64,000 nucleotides of DNA from Octopus sinensis. Lineage: Eukaryota. Positions 52,690-64,000 of the stretch are shown here, one piece after another. The stretch spans positions 60,698,001 through 60,762,000 of the forward strand of contig NC_043002.1 in NCBI RefSeq assembly GCF_006345805.1. The letters are read 5' to 3'. Below the pieces are notes generated by a model that ran no database searches, was not told the DNA's origin, and saw only the letters and a list, made by a program, of their open reading frames with translations. Every line of letters begins with the position of its first letter. The stretch's first letter is position 1. A program made the position numbers and the translations under genes.

Positions 52690-55421
52690 TATATATATAT
52701 GCATATACATATATACAGACAGTCGAAATTTCCTTGTTAAAAATAACATATTTACGCACATGATAATTGCACACTAAACGTCAGCCATTTATATATATGT
52801 ATGTGTGTGTGTGTGTGTATACAGTGTGTTTGTGATATCACGAAAAATATTGAATCATATTCAATGAAAAACTAACAATGTTAAACGCTATCGTGAAAAC
52901 TAAACATAAAATAAATACTAGTGAAACAAACATTAGAGAAATACTAGTTTAGAAATAGTCTATATTTAGAAAAAGGCGGCAAGCATCAAATATTAAATGA
53001 ATTATATTAAAGCAAACATATTTTACACGATCATGTCTGAAGAGAAAATAGAATTTATACTCATATTTAAAGTTAAAATTTCTCCAAATGTTAACTGCGA
53101 AATATAATAGGAAACCATATGTTTAGCTGCAGTTGTTTGTCGAGAAATTGGTTTAGCCTACAGTGGTTCACACACTGATAAATATTTGAGCCCTTTGAGA
53201 TATTTTAGTGTGTAGCAGATCCGAAAAGGAATTGCTGGACAGCCATGGGAATGCTACGGTGAGATGAGTAATGTTTGAAGTGATCGCCCAATTTAGTGAC
53301 AAACCAGCGTCGAGCCATCACGTGATTCGACTTCCTAGAACATTCTAATGGATCTTATAGGTAGGATTTTTGGCAGAAACTTCAGAATGTTGAGACAATT
53401 ATTTTAACAACTCCATTCTCACTTTCTATTTTCCGGCTGTGCAAACAGCAGGTACTGATTTTTTTGCATTGAACTTAACGCTATTATTACCCCGGTTATG
53501 ATAGATCAGTTACAGGTTGGCACTTACCAGCTGTTTTGTCATTCGACCCCAGAAGCGTGTCTCTCCCAATATGTCGATTTTTTCTCTTTATTCTTCATCG
53601 AAAGATCAACACAGAAAATACTGAGCAGTAAATAAAAATTCTATTAATTTTCCCTGAGCGATGTTTATCCGTTTACAGGCGGCTCTGACAAGACTTTTTC
53701 GGTCTCCACAGTAGAGAAACAACTTCCCCTTTATGTTAACTGAAAGTCTACACGTTTGTGTCTTTATGAGAAGAATAATACAAAATGGAGTTTCACCATG
53801 CAGCCGGACAGATTTCAAATTATTTAGACTGCCTAATTTTATTTAACGTGTTAATTTTTCCCAACTCCTATATCTTTCCAATCCTCTCGCCCAGTATTCA
53901 AGTCTCGTCCTACCTTATAAGCAATATTGATCGATCTGGCATTATATTTAATTTTTTTTTTTTGTATAGGTGTGCATAACAAGTGACTTGTGAAGGCACC
54001 AGGCCTTGTGGTTGGGGTGTTGCCTTCATGATCACAATATCTTGGTTTCGTTTCCAGAAGTGTATAGTTACTTTTTAACAAAAACACTTCATTTCGCGTT
54101 GTCCTAGTCCACGTCACTATAAATGAGTATCCCTGCTCCAGACCTATGATCTGCTCGGGGTGAGAGGTGTGATTCCGGTCACTTATATGCATTGGAAACC
54201 GGATCTCCAGCCCTGTGAATCTTCTCGTTCAAGACAGTAATGTTCAGCGGACTTACTAATTGGTGACGTAAAAGGGAAGCGAGAAAACGTAAATCACCAG
54301 CTTTGTGGGATTTAATGTGTTCGAACTTTATGAAAGCGTGACTTTAGGAACCAATGTGGGATCTCGTCTTTAGTGGATATGTGGTAACTCTTTTCAGGAT
54401 TCAAATACGTGAAACTTTTTGTTTTAAAAAATTTATTCCGAAATGAAGTTCTGTATACCATTCGTTTGCAATAGCAGTCAAATATTTTGGCGAAAATAAT
54501 ATTGGGTTTCCTTTTAACAATGTTGAAGTGGATATTGGGACAGTTTGCGATAAACTGTGTCAGAACAGATGCAGCGATCAGAGTAGTGATAACCTTTTAA
54601 TATATCCGATTGTTTTATCCTTTATTTTTTTTTTTGTTTAGAATTATTTGACTGCTGTTAGTTGCATGAAAACTAAGACATAAGATTGATCTCACAAAAT
54701 CATTACCTATCGTTGTTGTTATTGCTACTGCTGTTTTTGTGCACGCAAGTTAACTCTTGATCGACCTCATTTAATACCATAACAATATCATCGTTTAATT
54801 CCAAGCTGTGTGTCTCAAGGACTACATTTGTCTTTATCAAAGTGAACAGAGAATAGGGTTTAAAGTATGCTGCTATTTTCTCCAGATATAGTGAGCACGC
54901 AGATACTCAAACATGGACTTGAACAAACAAGAATGCTGGCTTATAATGGTCTGTTTGTCCCGAACCAGGTCTGACTTGGGTAATAGCTTCGGTAATAGCT
55001 ATTTTGTAACTATATTTGATATTTCACGCTATCGGTATTTCTGGCGGTTTAATTTAAGCCGAGTTCAGGCCTAAGCGAGAATACTTTTAATTAAATACGT
55101 TCAGGTTTGTGAGAATCTCGTTCATTTTTGTCCTGAGTCTAAAACTGCTACGGTGTGGCATATGACCTACCCCTTTAAGACTAATTTACGAGTCATTTGA
55201 TTACTATTTCTACAAGATTGAACAGCCACCTAAATATTCCCTCCGGAATATATTGGTCGCTGCATTCCTACGACGCGTAAATTATTAAAGAATTTCAAGT
55301 ATGAGGCGTAGTTTAGTTTAGTATTTAAGATGATGAATGCAACGAATGGTAAAAAATACATGAAAAATAAAAACTATTAAACAAAATGCCTTGAAAACCA
55401 AAAACACGATGGAACATGACA

Positions 55422-55423
<2 letters not shown>

Positions 55424-55519
<96 letters not shown>

Positions 55520-55550
55520 GTAATAATAATAATAATGATAATAATATTTA
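55424..55550. repeat. (AAT)n microsatellite
   Basis: Read directly. Confidence 0.97.
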
Positions 55551-56092
55551 TAATATTAAGAAAATATATGATTGGTTCCAGGAATTGTAATTTAACGCTG
55601 GTTAAAGATTTTTCGCCCAAATATGTTAAACGCTGTTATTAGCGCTTCAACACAAAACGGTTCATGCACTGTAAAAAGTTACAGAGCAAATACAAAAACA
55701 AATACACACATAAATTAACTGAATAAAAAATTAACTAAATAAAACAAAATAGATTAATTTAAGAGTGAAATGAGTGTCAGGAGATTGAAAATATTTGTGG
55801 AGGTGAATTTTAAAAAACACAAAACAATCCACATTGGTACTAGAATGAAAATTGCTTTCGTACATTGAATGAAATAAATGCAGAGTAAGATATTTATATA
55901 GATCGATAGTAGTAGTAGTCAGAGTTTAGCCATAGGAAAATCTGATCGAATAAACCTCGGTTTAAATACCTTCATCCTTCTAATACATATATATATATAT
56001 ATATATATAATATATTATATATAATATATAATATATATATTATATATATATATATATATGTATATGTATATATGTATATATATATAAATGTA

Positions 56093-56137
<45 letters not shown>

Positions 56138-57491
56138 ATATATACATATAGATAAATGTATATGTTATATGTGTATATATATATCTGTGTGTGTGAGTGT
56201 GTTTGTGTTGCATATGCATGTTTGCATGTGTGTGCGCGCACGCCTATGTGTGTGTGTGTGTATACGATACATGCCAGCAAGGAAACGGACGTTAAATGAT
56301 ATAATATATATATATAAAGACAGAGAGGGAGAGAAAGAGAGAGAGAAAAAAGATAGATTGACAGATAGATAGATAGATAGAAATTTAGTAAGTTATTTGT
56401 TATAGCAGGTCGGAGAGTGACCTTCGGTTTCATACCTATAAATCGCTTAGCTGCACAGGGGACGCGTACGATTCAAACGGCCTGAGACACATAATCTCTC
56501 TAGAACTGAAGGGAGAAAAGTGTCATGTTCAGTTAATATTGTTAAACAGGAAATTCTGAAACAGAAATCAACTGGTAAACTTTTGGTGAGATAGAGTTAC
56601 GTTCCTTAGCTTTGTTCCACTCATGTCGTAGATGGCTGAAGATGGCAGAATTTTCCCAGTCGTCAAACGGGAAATTCCAAGTGCCCAACCTGAGTTTCTT
56701 CTGTTGTGAGCACTATCCAAAGTTCTCAGATTTTATAGTTCCAATGTTATAGTTCCATCTTTTCCATCTACCAAATTCACTTGGCCGTCGGCTATAGTTG
56801 AAGACATTTTCGCAGGGTTCCTGAAGCTAAAATCACATGGTTGATGAGTGGTTGTCTCAACCACACAGCAAAACCTGTACTTTTGTGTATACAGTATTCC
56901 CTCGCCATATCAAGATTCACCTATCTCGGTTTATTATTTAAGCTTACGTCGATTCCTCTGTGGTGTTGTTTTGCATTTATAATAACATAAATATATACAA
57001 ATTATAAAAATAACTTTTAAATATGTACAATACAATACTGTTTCTACTTCGCGGATTTTCACCTATCGCTGGGGGTTTTGGAGCGTAACACCAGCGATAG
57101 ATGAATATTTACTGTATTCTCATTTCTCAGGGCTTGAAAGATATCAAAAACAATTGATGGCCATAGCAGACATATTTTTCATAAAAGCATAGTTAAGTGA
57201 GGATTGCCTTGGTGGTTAATGAACGCTGTATAGCCGAAGAATTGGAGCGAAATTAAATTCCGAAGTGTTTCATTGATAGATAGTGTACTTAGAACGTAAT
57301 TTTGAAATTTCAGGAAATTATTCAAAAATATAAATTATATGCTTTTAATTGGCTCGTTGACTAATCATTCGAATAGCTTTCAGCGTTCATATAATTTCTG
57401 AAATATCGGTTTATTCAAACAGATAAACAATTGCTAAACATGATAAGTACACTTAGAATAAGATAGAACTCTATCAGGAAGTACTTAAGGA

Positions 57492-57542
<51 letters not shown>

Positions 57543-57953
57543 TGTGGTGTTGTTGTGTGTGTGTGTGTGTGTGTGTGTATTGTGCGGCGTGTGTCTGTGT
57601 CTGTGTGTATGTATGATATACACACATACACGCATATACTCAGACACACACACAGAACATATAGAAAGCATTAGCTGTAAATACTCAGTTGCCGTATGTC
57701 TTGAAATTTAACTTGTCAAAGGAATGTTTAATATTTAGTGTTGCCTGATATTCCAGACTTTATTGCAAATCCGTTTTGACAATCCAAGAATTGTTCTGTT
57801 AACAATACGTCGTTGAGACAGCAGATTTATCCTTCAATAGTATATGGCATTTCCTACCTGTGTAATATATATATACATATGTGGTTGTGTGTGTGTATGT
57901 GTATGTATGTGTGTGTGTGTGCATCTGCAATATATATACACACACACACACGC

Positions 57954-57988
<35 letters not shown>

Positions 57989-58039
57989 AACACATATATA
58001 TATACATATAATATTGATATTGTTTTAAACTGTCGCGAT

Positions 58040-58376
58040 ATAGGCGCTTGCGTAGCTGTGTTGTAACAAGCTCGCTTCCCGCGTCATGGTTCCGGGTTCA
58101 GTTCCACATTGTCCAAGTATGGGCAAGTGTCGTCTACTATAGTGTCTTCTACTAGAAAGGCGGTTAGCTGGTAGAATCGTTAATGCGCAAGGCGAAATAC
58201 TTAGCGGTATTTCGTCCGTCCTTACGTTCTGAGCTCAAATTCAACCGAGGTGGACCTTGCATTTTATCCTTTCGAGGTCTATAAATTAAGTACCAGTTGA
58301 GTACTGGGATCGATGTGATCGACTGTTCCCTTCATCACAAGAATCCAGACCGTGTGCCTGTAGTAGAAATGATTAT
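58040..58376 (+). mobile_element. Truncated SINE family A head (58040-58145) followed by full SINE family B (58157-58376)
   Basis: GGTTCAGTTCC B box, then aaggcggttagctggtagaatcg head and ttttatcctttcgaggtctataaa domain. Confidence 0.8.
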
Positions 58377-58590
58377 GTGAAACTGTTGTATGTACAAAAT
58401 TTGGCCAAATGCGTTTTTTTTTTCAAGATATAATTTTATCTTTGGTCAAACTATCGTATCTCCAGCTACTTCAGATACCATGATATCAAAAATTGTTAAA
58501 GAGTAGTACAACGGTTTTGCTATGGAATGGTGAAACTAAATTTTCGTTTTCTGAAAAAGCAACGATATATATATATATATATATATAATA

Positions 58591-58972
58591 TCTATTATAT
58601 AAAACGGCAGTTTGTCTGTGCGTGTTTCTGTGTGTCTGTTTGCTTGTACCCTCACCCTGACCACGGCTTCCAACCGATTCTGATGAAACTTGACACACAC
58701 ATAGCCCAATGTCATAATTCAAACTACGCAGACAAAATTTTGAAAAGTTCCCCCCAGTTCTGAAAAAAATCGATAAATTCGACATGGGGTCGAGAATCAG
58801 AAACACGAACCACAAACTGTCTAGGGGATGCAACTCCATCCTTTTTTAACTCTCAAAAAAAATTTACCATCATTTTTTTCCATTTTTTTGCTATTTTTTG
58901 GCTATAACTCTCTAAAAATGCTTTATAGTTATTTCCCTTACAAACCTGAGCAACGCCGGGCGATACTGCTAG
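58591..58972 (+). mobile_element. Short complete non-autonomous Helitron
   Basis: A|TC start, 3' ~120 bp shared with 50127 end, hairpin and CTAG|T, no TSD. Confidence 0.85.
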
Positions 58973-58983
58973 TATATATATAT

Positions 58984-59045
<62 letters not shown>

Positions 59046-59087
59046 TATATATATATATATATATATATGTTTTGTTTATGTATTTCA

Positions 59088-59351
59088 CAGTTCGGTATTT
59101 AAGAGATGAGGAATTATGTACATTATTTACATTATTTACATTTGACGGATGTTTGTCATCTTGTTTGTTGATAACACAACGTTTCGGCTGCTGTACCATC
59201 CAACCTTCTCCAGGTGACTTGGGGAAATTTGGAACTGGGTTTCTCATTCCTAAGTTATTTTTCGATGTTATTATTATTATTCAGTTCACTGCCTGGAATC
59301 GAACTCGGAACCTTGGGGTTAGCACACGCTCTTAACCACTACGCCATATGC
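59088..59351 (-). mobile_element. tRNA-headed SINE carrying a minimal hammerhead motif
   Basis: A box TGGCGTAGTGGT, B box GAGTTCGATTCC; hammerhead at 59175-59216; aatgtaaat repeats toward the 3' end. Confidence 0.8.
59175..59216 (-). ncRNA. Minimal type I hammerhead motif (core variant CUGGAGA)
   Basis: cac CTGGAGA A GGTTG gatggtacag CAGCC GAAA CGT T gtg. Confidence 0.6.
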
Positions 59352-60040
59352 TTATAGATCTAATATTTTTCTATCCTTCCTTAATACCGGTTCCCATGTG
59401 CTGTTCATATCTGCACTCGGTCTGTTTAGGAGGTTGTCGTGTCCTAGCATATGTGCTGCTTCTTTTAGTTTTCGTATTTTCCCGCGGTGTTCTCTGTCTT
59501 TTATTTTAACTTCATCCCACAGGGTGAGGTGGTCTCCATTTTCCATACATGATCAGCTATACCCGATTTATCAATATCTCCTCTTGTCACAGCTTTGCGA
59601 TGTTCCTCTACACTTATTTTGAGGGGGCAGCATGTTTCGCCTTTGTAGAACCTACCACAGTTGTATGGGATGAAGTACACGCAGTTGTTAGTCATATTGT
59701 CTTCGATTGCTGGTTTTACTCGAAGGAGATATTTGCGAAGTGTTTTATTACTTTTGAATCTTGTTCTGATGTCAAAATGGGGCCGCATATCTTTTGTGTA
59801 TTTTCGAAGAGGACTTTCAGATAGGGTAGACAGACTGTGGACAGTTTATCGGTTTCAGCCTCTCTTTTCTTCATAATTAGAGTGGAGAGTATGCTTTTGG
59901 GGTTGTTGTTGCTTAATAGATTGTTACTGAGCTTTATCATTTCTTCGTCTTGGGTATCACGATCGCTACTTATATTCATTGCTCGATGTTCTAGGCATTG
60001 TAACCTTAACTGAAACACAGTCAACAACGTTCAGTTGCAC
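59352..60040 (-). mobile_element. PLE relic: RT-EN linker and GIY-YIG endonuclease, frameshifted
   Basis: VCLPYLK..., NCVYFIPYNCGRFYKGET..LK..VEEHRKA...KSGIADHVW, WDEVKI...RKLKEAAHM...LNR. Confidence 0.85.
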
Positions 60041-60311
60041 TATTAGATCGCCTGGTCGGGAGAAATTGAACAGCATTAGTGCCAAGCTGTGTGTTGGCAT
60101 AAGCGAACTTTATGTTAGTTATATATGTTTGTAACCTATTTCAGGTTCATTGCAGTTAACGGAGAGAAACACTGCCTCTGGAATTGCATATGGGTCAACA
60201 CTGGACAGATCTATTGTCTTTAGGTCTTTTACTGTAAGAGAGAATTTTTTCGCCTCATAACTTTATAAGTTAGAATATGTTACAAACATGTTCTAATTAA
60301 ACTACCGTTTG

Positions 60312-60423
<112 letters not shown>

Positions 60424-61258
60424 GTGTGTATACATATAATTTGTGTGTGTGTATGTATGTATATATACACCTGTATGTATATGTATATATATATGTGCAT
60501 GTATATATATATGTGTGTGTGTGCGCGTGTGTGTGTACTTAAGTATGTTTGTTTACGTATGTATAATATAGTTTTAGAAGCACAGTGTTGAGTATTTTTT
60601 AAGTTTCGGGCTGCTCGCTTTCATCGGAATGTGATACGTTTGAGATGGTCTTGGCATTATATAGCATGTGTTTTTTTTTAAATATGAAGCTTGATAACCT
60701 TAAAAATAGATATATAAAACTTTTCAGAAATTCATTATTAACAAATTAATGCCGAGAAGCTAGACATAAACTGAAACAATCAATAAGTTTTGAAACACGA
60801 GACTCTTAAACGTATAGGCATATATCAAGTTTATAAAAGTTGTTTAAAATAATATTTGAAATCATGATATTTTGAGGTGTGTTTGGTGGATTGAGATATC
60901 ATAAGAATCCCGTGAAGTTTGTTAACTCAAAAATATATTAGTTACATTAAATAGAGATTACGAAAGAAATTTCGTTGTGATGCAAATCGCATACGAGGGC
61001 CGGGGAGGATATAATTAAATTACTTCAGCTTAAAAAGATATTGTTTGTACAATGTCTAAATCAAATTATATGCTTATAAAATGACGATTGTTAAATGATG
61101 GATATTTAGATACAATCAAGTTAAATGAAATACATAAACATCACTAGATATTAAAACAGACGTAAGAAGAATATGTATCCATAAAAACCTCAGATTTGTT
61201 CGTATTTCGGTCCCGGTATTCTGGAAACAATTCCACTTACGGAATTTAATGTATTATA

Positions 61259-61615
61259 AGGCGGCAAGCTGGCAGAAACGTTAGCAAGCCGGGCGAAATG
61301 CTTAGTGATAGTTCGTCTGTGCTACGTTCTGAGTTCAAATTCCGCCGAGGTCGAATTTGCCTTTCATCCTTTCGGGGTCGATTAAATAAGTATCACTTAC
61401 GCACTGGGGTCGATATAATCGACTTAATCCGTTTGTCTGTCCTTGTTTGTCCTCTCTGCGTTTAGTCCCTTCTGGGTAGTAAAGAAATATGTGTTTCGTC
61501 TGCCTTTACGTTTTGAGTTCGAATTCCGCCGAGGTCGATTTACCTTTCATCCTTTCGGGTTCGTACTGTACGTACAGTAGCTGGGGGTCGATCTAATCGA
61601 CTGCATCCCTCCCAC
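61259..61615 (+). mobile_element. SINE family B, full copy plus adjacent partial second copy
   Basis: TGGCAGAAACGTTAG A box, GAGTTCAAATTCC B box, gcctttcatcctttcggggtcga seen twice. Confidence 0.85.
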
Positions 61616-62825
61616 ATTTCTTCTGTCCGTATCCAACACAACATTAGGAACGTTTGCAGGCAGATAAAAACTTGAAACCAGCGATTTTTCATGTTTATTT
61701 CTTTGAATTACATGTGTCATTAATTCTTCTGCCTAGAGTAGAAAAGGAATTTAGTATATTAGGAACACATGGTTGTTCCACTCTCTCATACATAGAGAGA
61801 TTAGCATATTTTCGTCAAAATCGACCGGTAAATGCTAAGGATGAATATGCAAGCCACCTATTTAATTCTTGCTATTCACAGTGCAATAACGATTTATTAT
61901 CAATTAGGAGACTGCAAAACATAAAATATACAAGAATATTCCTTAGAAAAAGAAAACTAAAAACAGAAAAATACGCAAAAGGAAATTAAATGTTCAGATT
62001 TAACTTTTCATCTTTGAAGTTTCTATCGTATTTTTTTTTTTTTTGTTTTTTAAAATTCTTTTGTATATTTTGTAATCTGTACAATATCAGAAAACATTTT
62101 AAAAGTACAAGAGTATAATTGATAATTAAACAATTTTGATGATTTTGCAGCGTTTCCCGCACGCACACACACACACATACACATATATAAAGTAAGTCTA
62201 AAGAGCCAAATAATTTCTTCTCTGAAGCTTAAGATCTCTCTGGGAAGCATGATGTTTACCCATACTTATAAACATATCTATTATCATACATGCATCTATG
62301 TAAAACCTTGCCGAAATTTTAGTATATATATGTTCATATATCCATGGTTAGACTTGCAACAACATGTATAATTATACATGAAAAAAAATATATAGATCTG
62401 CATATGCATTGAGGTTTTCGTATTTCGATCCCGGTATATCTACATTTATAGATACACAATTACCAAGATGACGTTCTTGAAATGCTAACAACGGAGCCAT
62501 GGATCTAGGCTAGAAACCAGCTCTATTGGCAAGAAATCTATAAATACAACTAAACAATAACATACATACAGAGAAGAACAGATACATGTGTACATACGTG
62601 TCTCTCAACTTACATACATGCCTACTTCTCTCCTTGGAAAAGAGAAAAAAAATCTATCTATCTATCTATTGAGATTATATATATATATATATATAAGGGG
62701 GGGAGAGAGAGAGAGACATGGACAGATATATAGATATATACTTATAAATATACTTCTATGTACTTATATTCATATTCATACACATACACACACAAACACG
62801 CACGCGCGCGCGCACACACACTCAG

Positions 62826-62884
<59 letters not shown>

Positions 62885-64000
62885 CATATATTTATATATA
62901 TACATAAAAGAAAATACGAAATTCCAATGAATTTTATGTCATTGTTAGCGGAAGTGAAACCGGTCGACAAACATAATACTCTTTCAATTATAAAATATTA
63001 AAAAAAATATATTAGAATTATGTAAAATGTGTACATTTTCCTTCTTTTATTGTATTCATATATATATATTGCATTACAACTCACCACGTGAGGATAATCA
63101 AAATGTTTTGTTACTATATATATGTGTGTGTGTATATGTGTGTGAGTGGGTGTATGTGTGTGTGTTCCTATTAGTGCAAGTAGTCCATGTAACTTCAATC
63201 CATTACAATTAGCTTGTCTAATTTATGTGTATGTTTCATTCATATAGCCATTACTTTCCTTTTGTAATCATACAACACGCTCAAATATCATCTTTATAAT
63301 ATTCTACTTTCGTACATTTAATATTTTCTAAGAAATGACAGCCCGTTTTTCTTTATTCCGTTGTTTCTTTTACTTACACTATATTTTAATATTCACAAAT
63401 TGACGAACGTCATTATATAATTTATTAATCTAATTTATCCATTTCACAGACTGTTATGAATCTCTACTAAATTAATTATACATTTCTCAGTTCAGTTCTA
63501 GTTTAGCATGAACAGTTTTTAGGATTATTTAACCATCTCCAAATTTACTCCAACTAATCCACCATCGACTTAATAAGATTTACATAACTCTTATGATATC
63601 TAAATTTTCATACTACATCTTATATGACGCAGACGCTTCACCATATTATACCATTCCCTTGCTGTAGATATTTTTTTCTAATCCAAATGCGTCCTTCCAT
63701 TTCATGACGTACAAGACTTCAAAAATTAGTTTAGATTTAATCCTCATCTCTCGAAATTTATTTGCACATTTCACAATTTTTAATTTCATAATGTTTCAAA
63801 AATCTTTAACACATTGCTGAGCTTTTTTTGCAGCAGGATTTCGAACCCGTATCTCTAGATATGCGGTCAGGTATCACGAGTAAACCACAATAGTTTCACG
63901 TGATCCATCTATTAAGCAACCAATCACCATTAATCCATCCTGAGACTCAATTTTCTAGAATCTCCATCTTGTATTCACTCTCTACAAGGTCGCTTATGCC

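Noticed and set aside
59285-59351. tRNA gene
   Set aside because: A and B boxes present, but the anticodon arm is incomplete and it continues into a SINE body
61654-61989. 111-aa ORF
   Set aside because: No recognisable domain; length is compatible with chance

Overview
AT-rich, microsatellite-saturated animal genomic DNA. The density of (TA)n/(CA)n/(GATA)n/(TAA)n runs and the tRNA-derived SINE families look like a coleoid cephalopod (Octopus-like); this is inferred from pattern recognition and was not database-checked. I could not support any intact host protein-coding gene, rRNA, functional tRNA or CRISPR array. Almost all listed ORFs are microsatellite artefacts. The window is a graveyard of transposable elements: an R4/Dong-type LINE next to a TAA array, a Chapaev-like transposase, maT/DD37D and Tc1 relics, an RTE 3' end, four Penelope-like (PLE) GIY-YIG fragments, Helitron ends plus a RepHel relic, a piggyBac fragment and about 18 SINE copies. 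Highlights: (1) a PLE with about 500-bp inverted terminal repeats, each carrying a well-formed type I hammerhead ribozyme; (2) a tRNA-headed SINE containing a minimal hammerhead, plus four other short hammerhead-bearing elements; (3) a 116-bp x6 tandem array apparently born from piggyBac transposase sequence inside a Helitron; (4) a 1.45-kb stop-riddled segment whose internal duplication shows hints of protein-level conservation if TAA/TAG are read as Gln (speculative).
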